Positions 19,331-29,766 of a stretch of 64,000 bases of DNA are shown one piece after another. Each line of letters begins with the position of its first letter. Position 1 is the stretch's first letter. The notes below the pieces were generated by a model. That model was given only the letters and a program-made list of their open reading frames with translations. It did no database searches and was not told the origin of the DNA. The translations under genes were made by a program, and so were the position numbers. Origin of the DNA: Candidatus Parcubacteria bacterium (lineage in GTDB: Bacteria > Patescibacteriota > Minisyncoccia > Phycocordibacterales > UBA2100); NCBI GenBank assembly GCA_041168925.1, contig JBEEJY010000006.1:2859-66858 (forward strand), in the 5' to 3' direction.

Positions 19331-20326
19331 TTAATGAATATCGGCCAGCACGGAATCGGCTATCGACGCGCGGAAGCGATTGATCGCGGAGTCTACCGAA
19401 TACGCATCGGCCGGTCGTTTTGGATAGGTCCGATTCGATAGGATGACGAGCCCCGCACTGCGTCCCGCATCGACGATAAGCGACGTGCCCGTGAACCCGG
19501 TCTTTCCGAACGTATCTTTCGCACACCGTACTCCCATGAACCATGGCTGCGCGACTTGCCAGCCAAGCCCTTTTCGAGCTCCCGCGAAGATCGCCGGAAA
19601 CCGCCCCGAGAGAAGCGCGCTTAGGAAATTGAGCACGTCGGGTGCCGTCGAGAACAATCCCGCGTGGCCGACGGCGCTGTGTGCGCGCGCGAAGACCCGC
19701 GCGCTCTCGTCGTGCACGATACCGCGCACTTCCTTACCATCAAATACCTCCGTCGGCGCGCAGCGCTTTATGTCGCCGGGGAAAAAAGTAGTATCGCGCA
19801 TGCCAAGCGGTCCGAAAAAATACGCATCGGCAAGATCGGGTATAATCTTCCCGCTCACTCTCTCAAGCGCTGCCCCCAGTACGTATGCGGGAATATTGGA
19901 GTACAGTCCCTCTCCGGGCGGGCCGTCAAAACCTCGCTCGAATATATAGGCACGCATCGCTTCAAACGTCGAGTAGCGCAATTTCGAGAGTTGCGGCCCG
20001 CGCACCCGGTAGCGCAAAAGGTCCTCGACGGTCGCTCCATGATCATGCTGCAATTCCGGAACGTATTGCTTGATCGGATCGCTCAAACGCAGCTTCTTTT
20101 CTTCGATCATCTGCAGAGCGAGGCTCACAAGCGGTATTGACTTCGTGACCGACGCCATGTCGTAGATCGTATCCGCTCTAATTTCGGCCGAATCACTCTC
20201 GTATGTGAACCGTCCGAAAGGGTGCACCGTTTTCTCCTCGCCGGGCCGAATGATTCCGATCACGCAACCGGGAAAGACTTGTTCTTCGATCGCGCGTCTT
20301 GCGATCTGTGCGATTTTCTTATGCAT
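19331..20326 (-). CDS. Serine hydrolase, beta-lactamase class C/AmiE-like family
   Basis: SxxK (ASVTKS), YSN, GIVHDESAR, GHAGLFSTA, GKTGFTG. Confidence 0.88.
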   Translation of the reverse strand: MHKKIAQIARRAIEEQVFPGCVIGIIRPGEEKTVHPFGRFTYESDSAEIRADTIYDMASVTKSIPLVSLALQMIEEKKLRLSDPIKQYVPELQHDHGATVEDLLRYRVRGPQLSKLRYSTFEAMRAYIFERGFDGPPGEGLYSNIPAYVLGAALERVSGKIIPDLADAYFFGPLGMRDTTFFPGDIKRCAPTEVFDGKEVRGIVHDESARVFARAHSAVGHAGLFSTAPDVLNFLSALLSGRFPAIFAGARKGLGWQVAQPWFMGVRCAKDTFGKTGFTGTSLIVDAGRSAGLVILSNRTYPKRPADAYSVDSAINRFRASIADSVLADIH

Positions 20327-21410
20327 CCGGATACGCTTCTTTGATTTCTTTCGCGAGATACGGGTTCCACATGGCTCCGGTCGCGCTCATGACGACATCG
20401 GCTCCCGCATCGCGATACTCCTTAAAATCGCTCGGCGTCGTGACGCCGCCACAGCCGACGATATCGAAGCGTAAGCCGAATTCTTCGCGCAGTTTTTTCA
20501 ATCGCTTCACCATCTCAAGCCCCGCCCACTTCACTGGTGCGCCGCAAATGCCGCTCTTGAGCCTCCATTCTCCTCCCGGAAGCGCCTGTGTGCCGTCTTC
20601 TTTGCGAACTGCGGCGGAGATCGTGTTGATGGCGGATATGCCGTTTACTATCGAACCGACTCTCCGCACGAAACTTCGTAATTCTTCCTCATTCTCAAAA
20701 TACGATACCTTCGCAATGAGCGGCATGTCGCCTATTTCGCGCTTGACGGCTTCGGCTATCGTTCGCGATTTCTCTATATCGTAGCAAAGGAGGCGCTTTA
20801 CGAGGTCGCCCTCGTTGGGACAGGAAAAATTGACTTCGATACCATGAACCCCGGTTTCCCTCATGAGTCGGCCCGCAAGTATCCAGTCGTTGACCACATC
20901 CTCTTCCGTATCCTCTCGACTCCATCGCGTACCTTCTATCATGCCGAGTACGAGCTGTCCCTTGCGTGATTTCGCCCATCGCACCAGATCGATGATATCG
21001 TTTTGCCAGATCTCAACCGGGTAAGATGGATTGCCGAATGAGTTCGTGATCGCGAGCGGTTCACTATACTCAGACTTGATCGTAAGCCCCGCCTTCGCTT
21101 TTTCGAGGGTAAGCTTCCCCTCGACCTTCACCGGCAGCACGTTTGGCCATTCATTGCACTTCTTTTCTCTTGTTCGCACGGTTTTATAAACAGGAATGTC
21201 AAAACCTTTCTCCATCGCCGCGCGCACATACTTGCTGTTGAGGAGCGGGCCGGCGGGAATCCCGAGCGGATAGCTTATTTTGTAACCCAAAAAATCGAAT
21301 CGCGGCTCTTCTTGGGGTAACACGACGCCATCGGTAAAACCGTTGAACGGACCTTGTTCCCAATTTTCGTAGTAGGTTTTTTGCGGATCAAAAAAAGGCG
21401 GGCGCAACAT
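20319..21410 (-). CDS. Dihydroorotate dehydrogenase-like FMN oxidoreductase
   Basis: PLGIPAGPLLN, NSFG, EVNFSCPN, AINTI, SGICG, IVGCGGV, GADVVMSAT. Confidence 0.78.
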   Translation of the reverse strand: MLRPPFFDPQKTYYENWEQGPFNGFTDGVVLPQEEPRFDFLGYKISYPLGIPAGPLLNSKYVRAAMEKGFDIPVYKTVRTREKKCNEWPNVLPVKVEGKLTLEKAKAGLTIKSEYSEPLAITNSFGNPSYPVEIWQNDIIDLVRWAKSRKGQLVLGMIEGTRWSREDTEEDVVNDWILAGRLMRETGVHGIEVNFSCPNEGDLVKRLLCYDIEKSRTIAEAVKREIGDMPLIAKVSYFENEEELRSFVRRVGSIVNGISAINTISAAVRKEDGTQALPGGEWRLKSGICGAPVKWAGLEMVKRLKKLREEFGLRFDIVGCGGVTTPSDFKEYRDAGADVVMSATGAMWNPYLAKEIKEAYPDA

Positions 21411-21442
21411 GGGTGCAGTATACGCTCCTCGGATAAGAGCGG

Positions 21443-21724
21443 CTAGTTGCCAGTAGGCGACACGCATGCGCCGTCACGAAAAAGCGCCCATTCTTCGCAC
21501 ACGCGACCATCCGTCAAATGACAGTAGCCGATCTGGCTTCCATTGCCGATTTTTGCGATCTCGACGTCTCCTCCGATGTCCGTACAGTGCACCGCCGCAG
21601 GATTTGCGATCCCCATCCGTCCGGCACTCTCCGAATCCGACGTTACGATCTGACCTTGGTACCAATACGCTGCCGCGACCGCAATCGCCGCGAAAAGAAT
21701 CACCCCGATCGAAATCGTGCGCAT
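21443..21724 (-). CDS. DUF333 domain protein (putative hemolysin family)
   Basis: GIANPAAVHCTDIGG...GYCHLTDGRVCEEWALFRDGAC; N-terminal TM. Confidence 0.85.
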   Translation of the reverse strand: MRTISIGVILFAAIAVAAAYWYQGQIVTSDSESAGRMGIANPAAVHCTDIGGDVEIAKIGNGSQIGYCHLTDGRVCEEWALFRDGACVSPTGN

Positions 21725-21749
21725 GCCCCTATCCTAACACGCGCTGCTT

Positions 21750-21920
21750 CTATTTCATCCGAACCCCTTTCCACGCTCTTCCCTTTTTCGCCATTTGGTC
21801 CATAAACTTTCCCGTGCGTTTGTTGACCTTCGTCCAGCGCTTGTTGCGCCCGCTTAAGACTTGCGTGCGGTTTGTTATCTTGCCCATCCTTCCATGCCCT
21901 CGCGGGCCGTTCTTTGCCAT
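21750..21920 (-). CDS. Small, highly basic hypothetical protein (56 aa)
   Basis: Manual translation MAKNGPRGHGRMGKITNRTQVLSGRNKRWTKVNKRTGKFMDQMAKKGRAWKGVRMK*; TGCTATTCT -10 just upstream; below the ORF-track cutoff. Confidence 0.75.
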   Translation of the reverse strand: MAKNGPRGHGRMGKITNRTQVLSGRNKRWTKVNKRTGKFMDQMAKKGRAWKGVRMK

Positions 21921-22028
21921 GAAAAAAGAATAGCACCGACTTCCCGACCTTCAAGTCGCAATCCACAGCCGCGGGTCTTGATTGATATCCTCGCGTTATA
22001 CTGTCCGCATTATCATAATGCCTCTCTT

Positions 22029-22349
22029 ATGTCTCACCCAAAACCGGCGCACCAGAAACTCATGGGCGTTCTTGCGTATCTCGGTATTTTTCTCGTCATT
22101 CCCTTTCTCATGGCCAAAGATGATCCGACCGTAAAGTTTCATCTCAAACAGGGCTGCGTCTTACTCGTCATCGAGGTGGCGCTCTGGGTTCTCGGTATGA
22201 CGATGCTCGGGTGGCAGCTGATGCCACTCCTGCAGTTAGCAAATCTCGGTGTCGTGGTACTCGCGGTTGTCGGCATCGTCAACGCGCTCCAGGGTAAGGA
22301 AAAAGAGCTCCCGCTCGTCGGCTCCTACAGCAGGTACTTTACTTTTTAG
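22029..22349 (+). CDS. DUF4870-like small membrane protein
   Basis: LAYLGIFLVIPFL...VKFHLKQG...GIVNALQGKEKELPLVG. Confidence 0.82.
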   Translation: MSHPKPAHQKLMGVLAYLGIFLVIPFLMAKDDPTVKFHLKQGCVLLVIEVALWVLGMTMLGWQLMPLLQLANLGVVVLAVVGIVNALQGKEKELPLVGSYSRYFTF

Positions 22350-22383
22350 CGCCTGCCGGGAATTTTCGCGTCGCTTCGCCCCT

Positions 22384-23010
22384 CTATATCGCCGGAGTAG
22401 TCGTGCCCGCGGGCGTGAACGAGAGAGAGTCGCGGATCTGATCGAACGTGCTCATCAGCGCTCCATGATCGAACTCGCTTACGACGCCCGGTTCGAAATT
22501 GCCTATGTTCATGGAATGAATGAAATACCGTACCGCCGTGCAGGGCCTGCTGTCTTTGATCGCATACACCCACTCTTCGTAGAGATTGCCTGCGGCCGCA
22601 CCAGTCGACGATGCGGTCGAATACGTCGTGGAGCTGATCGTCATATCACGAGGTTTCACGTTCGCCGCGAGATAAATATCGCCGGTGCAATTTTTCGCGC
22701 GGGGCAGCCATTCCACCGATACGTAGCTGTCGTTCGAAAGATTCGTTCCCGTCGCGATCGTAAGCGGGATCGTAAATTTCACCCCGCTGATCGGCTTTTT
22801 CGGATCCACTTGATCGTAAGCATACGCTTCATCCGCGGCGTACCCGTCGGGATAGACGACGGAGAATGTCGAGGTTGCGTATGTGTGCGTCGTCGGAGTT
22901 TGCGGGGTCGGCTCGGGTACCGGAGAAGCCGTACCGCTCGTTTTCCACCAGTAATAGCCGCCAATGCCAAGAATAATAATAACCAGAATCCCAACAATGT
23001 ATTTTGCCAT
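22384..23010 (-). CDS. Membrane-anchored extracellular hypothetical protein
   Basis: MAKYIVGILVIIILGIGGYYWW anchor, Pro/Thr linker, GAAAGNLYE and a Cys pair. Confidence 0.75.
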   Translation of the reverse strand: MAKYIVGILVIIILGIGGYYWWKTSGTASPVPEPTPQTPTTHTYATSTFSVVYPDGYAADEAYAYDQVDPKKPISGVKFTIPLTIATGTNLSNDSYVSVEWLPRAKNCTGDIYLAANVKPRDMTISSTTYSTASSTGAAAGNLYEEWVYAIKDSRPCTAVRYFIHSMNIGNFEPGVVSEFDHGALMSTFDQIRDSLSFTPAGTTTPAI

Positions 23011-23066
23011 GCAGGCATGATGCCATTCCTGGCATGAATTGCAAATCGGATCGAAAAACCCTCGAT

Positions 23067-23345
23067 TTATGGGCTTTTTCCGTCCCCGCCCATGAAATCC
23101 TTGGTCTGGATCGGACTTTGTACTCCGGGGACCCACTCGGCGTTAATAGCCCCGAATTTTTTCTCATACTCGGCTACCTGGTGCGTCACATACTGCTGTA
23201 GGCGCTTCATGTGCTGCGGCGTGAGCGCATACGTAAGCGCGTTCTCCCCCGTCAGCATGCTCATCACGAAATATTCTTGCGAGAACGCTACCGAAATATT
23301 TTCGCAGAACTGTTTCGGCACTCTGTTGAGATCGAGGTTGGGCAT
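23067..23345 (-). CDS. DUF3467-like protein
   Basis: SQEYFVM...LTPQHMKRL...VAEYEKKFGAI; TATAAT 6 nt before ATG. Confidence 0.72.
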   Translation of the reverse strand: MPNLDLNRVPKQFCENISVAFSQEYFVMSMLTGENALTYALTPQHMKRLQQYVTHQVAEYEKKFGAINAEWVPGVQSPIQTKDFMGGDGKSP

Positions 23346-23371
23346 GAGTACATTATACATGCTCAAGACAC

Positions 23372-23400
23372 GCGCCCCGCATGCGCGGGGCGCTTTTGTT
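23372..23400. terminator. GC-rich hairpin, probable terminator
   Basis: GCGCCCCGC-ATGC-GCGGGGCGC followed by TTTTGTT on +. Confidence 0.55.
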
Positions 23401-23407
23401 CGGGCGT

Positions 23408-23899
23408 TTATTGCACCCTTGAAAAATCAAGCTCACTGCCACGGTCCAGATAGGTCAGCTGGAGCGTATCGCCTGCGGCGGTAATGATGGAGAAAAACAT
23501 CGGCGCGCCGCCTTCGACGATTTTGAGGTAAACGACGCCAGGTGCCGCGGCTCCGGAAAACTCCGCGTCTTTCTCGGGGGCGCTAAAAACGCTCCATGAG
23601 CCGTGCGCAGTCGCGTTCGGATCACCTTCATACATATCGATGACCGTGCCATCGTCGCTGAATTGCCGGGTGAATTTCTGGTCATCCGAAGAACGCCATG
23701 TGCCGATTATAGCTTGTGAGACGACGGTCATCGCATCATGCGAGCGATCCGTCTCCTGCAGACTTTTTTCGCCGGTGCCGGCGATCGGGTTTGACGTGCT
23801 ATCCTCCGGAATCACGCTCGCGAAATAATACCCAAGCAAGATAATCGCGAATACGATGATGACCCACAGCCACGGATGCCCTTCGTTTTTTTCCGCCAT
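23408..23899 (-). CDS. Membrane-anchored hypothetical protein, possibly a lipocalin-like beta domain
   Basis: TM near the N-terminus; IIGTWRS...F..DGTV...GSW; LQLTYLDRG. Confidence 0.7.
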   Translation of the reverse strand: MAEKNEGHPWLWVIIVFAIILLGYYFASVIPEDSTSNPIAGTGEKSLQETDRSHDAMTVVSQAIIGTWRSSDDQKFTRQFSDDGTVIDMYEGDPNATAHGSWSVFSAPEKDAEFSGAAAPGVVYLKIVEGGAPMFFSIITAAGDTLQLTYLDRGSELDFSRVQ

Positions 23900-23911
23900 A
23901 GGCACACAATA

Positions 23912-24304
23912 CTACGTTTGCTCAAGACCTAAACACACCGAGTTGATGCAGTAGCGCTTGCCGGTAGAGGTCGGGCCGTCATCAAACACGTGCCCGAGAT
24001 GCGATCCGCACCGCGCACAGGTAATTTCAGTGCGCCGCAGATCGTGAGACGTATCCAGGCGCTGCTCGATCGCGTCGGGCAGCGCTTTGTCGAAGCTTGG
24101 CCAGCCCGTACCGGAATCGAATTTCGCATCCGAGGAAAAAAGCGGGTTGCCGCACGCTTTGCACTCATAGGTGCCATCCGTCTTTTCGTGCACATACGCG
24201 CCTGAGAAAGGCGCTTCGGTCCCTTTTTCGCGTAACACGACGTATTCTTCCGGCGTGAGGATTTTCTTGTAATCTTCTTCGGTCTCCGGCATCGGCCGCT
24301 TCAT
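23912..24304 (-). CDS. msrB: Peptide-methionine (R)-S-oxide reductase
   Basis: GTEAPFSG, CKAC, KFDSGTGWPSF, CARCGSHLGHVFDDGP, RYCINS. Confidence 0.98.
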   Translation of the reverse strand: MKRPMPETEEDYKKILTPEEYVVLREKGTEAPFSGAYVHEKTDGTYECKACGNPLFSSDAKFDSGTGWPSFDKALPDAIEQRLDTSHDLRRTEITCARCGSHLGHVFDDGPTSTGKRYCINSVCLGLEQT

Positions 24305-24324
24305 GCGCGTAGTATAGCAAAACG

Positions 24325-26109
24325 TTACTTGCGTTTGGCCTTCGCCCGCTCTACTTCGGTCAGGAGCTGTTTGCGCAATCGAACGTTCGCGGGCGTAATT
24401 TCCAGGTATTCGTCTTCGGCCATGACTTCGAGCCCGCGCTCAATCGATAGAAAAAAGGGCGGAATGAGCTGGATCGCGTCGTCGGAGGCGGAGGCGCGCA
24501 CATTGGTGAGATTCTTGCCTTTCGTCGGATTCACCGCCATTTCCTCGCCCTTCGACGTATTGCCGATCACTTCTCCCTCATACACTTCTGTCGCTGGAGC
24601 GATATAGAGCACGCCGCGCTCCTGCAAATTCCATAGCGAGTAACCGAGCGCTTTCCCGCCCGCCATCGATATCATCGAGCCGACCTGCCGCTTTTTTATC
24701 TCGCCGACGTATGGCCGAAATCCGATGACGCGGCTCGACATGATTCCTTCGCCTTTCGTGTCGAGGACGAATTGGCTGCGATAGCCAAGAAGCCCGCGCG
24801 TCGGCCCTTCAAAAGTGAGCCGCACTTGGTTCTCATGGACTTTGAGATCCTTCATGACGAACTTGCGCGTACCGAGCCGCTCGATGATGGCGCCCTGATA
24901 TTCCTGCGGGGTATCGATCACGACTTCTTCGAACGGCTCCCGTTTCTCGCCGTCCTGTTCATGCAAAATCACTTGCGGCTGCGACACCTGCATTTCGTAC
25001 CCTTCCCGGCGCATATTCTCGAGTAGGATCGCGATGTGGAGCTCTCCGCGGCCCGATACTTCGAACACATCGGCTCCGAATTCGATGCGCAGGCCAACGT
25101 TGACCTCAAGCTCGCGTTCGAGCCGCTCGCGCAACTGGCGCGAGGTGACGAATCTCCCTTCGCGACCCGCAAATGGCGAGTTATTGACGAGGAAGTCGAG
25201 CGTGATCGTCGGCTCATCAATTGCGATCGCGGGAAGCGCCGGAGCGTCTTCTTTCGTCGTGATCGTCTCGCCGATATAAATTTCGGGAATCCCGGCGATC
25301 ATCGCGATATCCCCCGCCTGAACCTCGTTCGCGTCCACCTTCTGCAATCCGCGGAACGTGAACATCTTCGTGATTTTCGCCGAATGAGTCTCCCCGTCGA
25401 GTTTCTTGACGAAGACCGCGTCCCCGGTATTCAAGATTCCTTCGTATGCGCGCACGATCGCGAGGCGTCCGAGAAAATTGTCATAGCCGAGATTGAACGG
25501 CTGAAGACGCACGGGTCTGCTGATCGCATCGGCACTTGAAGCGACCGGTACATGACGCAGTATCGTCTCGAGAAGAGGCGTCAAGTCTTTAGACGAATCT
25601 GCGAGCGAGGTTTTCGCGATTCCTTGCTTGCCGATAGCGTATACGATCGGAAAGGTCGCTTGTTCGTCGGAAGCTCCGAGTTCCAAAAAGAGCTCGAGCA
25701 CTTGCTCCTCGCACCGCTTCGGATCGGCGGCGGGTTTGTCGATCTTGTTGATCACCACGATGGGGCGTAATCCGAGTTCGAGTGATTTCTTCAAAACGAA
25801 ACGCGTCTGCGGCATCGGGCCTTCCTGGGCATCGACGACGAGCAAGACGGAATCGATGGATCGAAGCACGCGTTCGACTTCGCTGCCAAAATCCGCATGG
25901 CCGGGCGTGTCGACGAGATTGATTTTGGTGTTTTTATAGAAAATCGCGGCATTCTTGGAATAGATTGTGATGCCGCGTTCACGTTCGAGCGAATTCGAAT
26001 CCATCGAGATCCCCTCTTCGGCAACTCCCGTTTGACGCAGCAGGGCGTCCGTCAGCGTCGTTTTGCCGTGGTCGACATGCGCGATGATTGCGATATTGCG
26101 AATTTCCAT
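24325..26109 (-). CDS. typA: Translational GTPase TypA/BipA
   Basis: [45 protein letters not shown]. Confidence 0.98.
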   Translation of the reverse strand: MEIRNIAIIAHVDHGKTTLTDALLRQTGVAEEGISMDSNSLERERGITIYSKNAAIFYKNTKINLVDTPGHADFGSEVERVLRSIDSVLLVVDAQEGPMPQTRFVLKKSLELGLRPIVVINKIDKPAADPKRCEEQVLELFLELGASDEQATFPIVYAIGKQGIAKTSLADSSKDLTPLLETILRHVPVASSADAISRPVRLQPFNLGYDNFLGRLAIVRAYEGILNTGDAVFVKKLDGETHSAKITKMFTFRGLQKVDANEVQAGDIAMIAGIPEIYIGETITTKEDAPALPAIAIDEPTITLDFLVNNSPFAGREGRFVTSRQLRERLERELEVNVGLRIEFGADVFEVSGRGELHIAILLENMRREGYEMQVSQPQVILHEQDGEKREPFEEVVIDTPQEYQGAIIERLGTRKFVMKDLKVHENQVRLTFEGPTRGLLGYRSQFVLDTKGEGIMSSRVIGFRPYVGEIKKRQVGSMISMAGGKALGYSLWNLQERGVLYIAPATEVYEGEVIGNTSKGEEMAVNPTKGKNLTNVRASASDDAIQLIPPFFLSIERGLEVMAEDEYLEITPANVRLRKQLLTEVERAKAKRK

Positions 26110-26169
26110 GCTCTAAACAAAATGCCCCGCTGCCGAGGCATGTGCTTGCATGATACACCACGACGCTCG

Positions 26170-26919
26170 TTACTTCAATTGCGCATCTATTGCGCTGACG
26201 AAGGCTGAGAGCGGTTGCGCGCCGTCGATCAATGTCTTGCCCGTAATGAATCCCGGCGTGCCCTGGATGCCGAATTTCGTACCCTCATCCCGATCAGCGG
26301 TCATTGCTGAATCGTACTTTGCCTTATTCGTCGCGACCGCTTCTTTGATCTTCCCAAGATCGAACTGCGGAAATTTATTCTTGATGAGCTTGTCGACCGA
26401 TGCGGCATCTCCGAATCCCTGATCCCCTTCCTCGTCTTGCGCTTCATAGAGCGCGCTGCGAAACGCGAAATATTGCGACTTGTACAGATCCCATACCGCA
26501 CGCGCATACTCGCCATCCGTAATCGAGTCCTCGCCGAGAAACGGGTAGTCCTTGAAAACGATTTTCAGCTTCCCGGTATCGACGTACTGTTTGATGAGAT
26601 CCGGGACAGCCGGGGGTGTCTGAATCTGCGGATGGCCGATCTCGACTGCCCGACAAAACGGACACTGATAATCTGCCCAAAAAGCGAGAACAACCGGCGC
26701 GTCTTGTTTGCCGACGTACGGATTCCCGTCGATATTGACGTCTTTTATATTGACCGCTTTGGCCACTGGAGCGCCGCTCCCTCCCGTGCGCGAAAGACCG
26801 AGAAAAAGTCCGCCGCCGATGAGAATCCCCGCTATGACGATTGCCGCGGGAACATACAGGGGCGTCCAATCTCGAACACGCGGTCGGGATGGCGTTTCTT
26901 CTTGTCGTTCGTCCGGCAT
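26170..26919 (-). CDS. DsbA family thiol-disulfide oxidoreductase
   Basis: TM anchor; DYQCPFC; GIQGTPGF; GAQP. Confidence 0.92.
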   Translation of the reverse strand: MPDERQEETPSRPRVRDWTPLYVPAAIVIAGILIGGGLFLGLSRTGGSGAPVAKAVNIKDVNIDGNPYVGKQDAPVVLAFWADYQCPFCRAVEIGHPQIQTPPAVPDLIKQYVDTGKLKIVFKDYPFLGEDSITDGEYARAVWDLYKSQYFAFRSALYEAQDEEGDQGFGDAASVDKLIKNKFPQFDLGKIKEAVATNKAKYDSAMTADRDEGTKFGIQGTPGFITGKTLIDGAQPLSAFVSAIDAQLK

Positions 26920-26955
26920 CGACCTATTCTACACCATTTTTCTAATCCGCAATGG

Positions 26956-28152
26956 TTATTTCGTGACTTCGCGCAGCATTGCCCACATATTCGGATCTTC
27001 GCCGCCGTCAAGCTTGAATATCGCGACTCCCCGTATCCCAAGACGTTGGGCAAGCTGCGTCTTGCCCGCTATCGAGATCGCATCGGGCCAATCCATGAGT
27101 CTGAAATTCGTGTGCGAATTCGTCGCGTCCGCAAATGCCGCGGCGGCAGTTGCCGCTATCATCGCCCCGAATCCCGATGCCTGCGGGAGAGTCGAACTTC
27201 CCGCCGGAGTGTAGGTGAAGTACATCTCTCCGGCCATGTTTCGCGCGGGCGTCACTGCGTATTGGGCGGCGATGGGAAGCGCGTAGCCCGGATTGAAGCT
27301 CCAAAGAATATCGTAGGCATACTCGCCGCCAGCGTACGCGGTGACTTCGTACTCATAGCCGTAGGTCGGGACGCCGATCACGATTTTGCTCTTCTTGATG
27401 TCTTTCGCGGCGAGCTTCACGACCTTCTCGACCCAGAATGGATCGGCTACCGGCGCATAGAGCGCCGACGAGGATGCGGCCTTGGCGGAAAGCGCGAGAT
27501 CGATTCCCTGCTGGTCATACGCCATGATGCGTACACGGTCGCAGTATTTGTTGATCGCTTTGAAATCGTTCGCATACATACCGGCATCTTCTGGTATTTG
27601 CGTCCCGTAGTATCGGCTATCAATCGGCGTGCGCGCTTCGATATCGCACATCACCCACTTTGGTCCCATGCGCATATAAAGTCCTTTCAGAAAGGTCGAG
27701 AAGTAATTCCTATCCTCGGCGCGCTTGCCTTCAAAATCGATGTCGACGCCGTCATACCCCTTTTCTTTGACAAGCGCCGCGATTCTGTCCTCAAGCGCGA
27801 TGCGGGACGTTTGGTTGGAAAGTAGCGAATGCAGGAGCTCGCCGTTCGACGTCATGATAGTCGGGATGATTCGTACTTTTTTTCCTTTTGCGGCCGCGAT
27901 GAAACTCCTCCACGGCTCTTCGTCGAGCTTGCCGTTGTCAAGAAGCGTCCCGTCGCTTTTGAGCGTATAGACGAAAGGATTCACTTCGGTCAATTGATCG
28001 AGGTGCGATAATGCGTCCGCCGTGCCGGTCGCCGCACGCCAGTACGGAATCCAGCCTGAAACTTCGAATTTTGGAGTCGAAGCGGCCGCAGCCGAAAACG
28101 GCATGCAAAAACACGCCGCAACAGCAATAAAGCGCAAATATCGCATGCTCAT
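26956..28152 (-). CDS. Secreted glycoside hydrolase family 18
   Basis: GYDGVDIDFE (DxDxE), IMAYD, KIVIGVPTYGY, GIRGVAIFKL; signal peptide. Confidence 0.9.
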   Translation of the reverse strand: MSMRYLRFIAVAACFCMPFSAAAASTPKFEVSGWIPYWRAATGTADALSHLDQLTEVNPFVYTLKSDGTLLDNGKLDEEPWRSFIAAAKGKKVRIIPTIMTSNGELLHSLLSNQTSRIALEDRIAALVKEKGYDGVDIDFEGKRAEDRNYFSTFLKGLYMRMGPKWVMCDIEARTPIDSRYYGTQIPEDAGMYANDFKAINKYCDRVRIMAYDQQGIDLALSAKAASSSALYAPVADPFWVEKVVKLAAKDIKKSKIVIGVPTYGYEYEVTAYAGGEYAYDILWSFNPGYALPIAAQYAVTPARNMAGEMYFTYTPAGSSTLPQASGFGAMIAATAAAAFADATNSHTNFRLMDWPDAISIAGKTQLAQRLGIRGVAIFKLDGGEDPNMWAMLREVTK

Positions 28153-28185
28153 AAGACGAATCATTGTACCAAACGTTACCGATTA

Positions 28186-28986
28186 TTACGGGCCCTCGGC
28201 TTCGAATCGCGCGATCAGGCCTTTTCGTACGACCGTGCGGTAAGTCATGCCGAAAAAAAAGTACGAGGCGGCAATGTAGAAAATCGCCAAGATAAAGGCC
28301 GCCGCAAGTGGGCGGAGCGAAAGCTGACCGGAAAGTATCGCCGCGCGCATCCCTTCAAATACATACGAGGGCGGCAGTGCGTGCGATACCCACTGCATCC
28401 ATGGCGGCAGCGTCGTCACGGGATAAAAGACGCCGACGAACGGATTGAGGAGCGCGGGAATCGGCCACACGAGCCATTCTGCGGATGGTCCGATGCGCAA
28501 TACGATTGCGACACCGAATATTCCGAGGGCGATCCCGAAGAGAAACAGTATGAATAGAAACGGTATGATCTTTAGCCCCAGGGCGAAAAACGAAAATCCG
28601 AAGGCGACATAGGCAAGAAGCAAAACTCCCGCGATTACGACCGAGCTCGTAAGAATACTGGTAGCGACGAGCCCGCTTATGTACTCTGCGATTTTAAGCG
28701 GCGAAGCGAAGAGGTTTAGGAAGTTCTTTGACCATACATCTTCGAGAAACGAAGTTGTCATTCCTTGCATGACGCGCAACAAAAAACCCCACAAGATGAC
28801 TGCGCCGAGAAAGAACGTCACAACGCCAAAGGTGGGCGGTACGACACTCGAGAGATACTTCGTGATGAAACCCCATATCACAAGATCTACCGTGACCCAT
28901 ACGAACAGCTGGAACGTGCGGGTGGGGTTGTCGCGCAAAAGATAGAGCTGCCGGAGCACTATCGCATATATGCGTCGGGCATTCAT
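28186..28986 (-). CDS. ABC-2 type transporter permease
   Basis: Multiple TM; GVFYPVTTLPPWMQWVSHALPPSYVFEGMR. Confidence 0.92.
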   Translation of the reverse strand: MNARRIYAIVLRQLYLLRDNPTRTFQLFVWVTVDLVIWGFITKYLSSVVPPTFGVVTFFLGAVILWGFLLRVMQGMTTSFLEDVWSKNFLNLFASPLKIAEYISGLVATSILTSSVVIAGVLLLAYVAFGFSFFALGLKIIPFLFILFLFGIALGIFGVAIVLRIGPSAEWLVWPIPALLNPFVGVFYPVTTLPPWMQWVSHALPPSYVFEGMRAAILSGQLSLRPLAAAFILAIFYIAASYFFFGMTYRTVVRKGLIARFEAEGP

Positions 28987-29729
28987 ATGGTTTCAAGTTC
29001 GAGAGAGAGCGGTTCGCGCGCGACCGAAATAAACAGTTCTTCCAGGTTTTTCTTTCCGTACTCGCGCGGAAGTGCGGCCGGATCTCCTTCGAGCAAGACG
29101 GTGCCGTGTGAGAGAAAAAAGACCCGGTCGCACATCGCCTCGACTTCATGCATATTGTGCGATGTCCACAGCACGCCACCGATACCGGAGCGAGCAAACG
29201 TGCGAATTTGTTCTCGAATTATCTGCGCCGTCGACGGATCGAGCGAAGCGGTCGGCTCATCGAGCAGCAAGAGCGCAGGCGTGTTGAGCATCGCTTTGGC
29301 GAGCGACACTCTCGTTTGTTCGCCGGATGAAAGTAATCCGCACTTCACATGCGAAAACCTCTCCAGATCAAACTGCGCGAGGAGCTCGGCAATGCGTCGT
29401 TGTAAATCCGGCACGCCGTAAATGAGGCCGAAAATCCGCAGATTCTGCGCGACCGTCATATTGCCCGGCAATTGCGCGTAGACCGCGGCAAAATTCGTTT
29501 GACGCATAGCTTCGCTGCGATGCGTCTTGAGATCTATGCCGTCGATTCCGATTGTGCCGCCACTCGGCTCCAAAACGCCCAAAACCATGCTGATCGTCGT
29601 TGTTTTTCCTGCGCCATTGGGTCCGAGGAGTCCGACAATCTCGCCGCGCTCAAGAGAAAATGTGATATCGTTCACCGCGACTATTTCCTGATAGGTTTTA
29701 CGCAATGCGCTGACTTCGAGTACCGACAT
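28983..29729 (-). CDS. ABC transporter ATP-binding protein
   Basis: GPNGAGKTT, LSSGE, LLLLDEPT, SHNM. Confidence 0.95.
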   Translation of the reverse strand: MSVLEVSALRKTYQEIVAVNDITFSLERGEIVGLLGPNGAGKTTTISMVLGVLEPSGGTIGIDGIDLKTHRSEAMRQTNFAAVYAQLPGNMTVAQNLRIFGLIYGVPDLQRRIAELLAQFDLERFSHVKCGLLSSGEQTRVSLAKAMLNTPALLLLDEPTASLDPSTAQIIREQIRTFARSGIGGVLWTSHNMHEVEAMCDRVFFLSHGTVLLEGDPAALPREYGKKNLEELFISVAREPLSLELETI

Positions 29730-29766
29730 CGCGCCAGTATAACAAAGGGGCGTGTATGATGGGTGG

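Noticed and set aside
21700-21966. 88-aa ORF from the track
   Set aside because: A different frame (21750-21920) has an ATG, a correctly spaced -10 and no overlap with the DUF333 gene.
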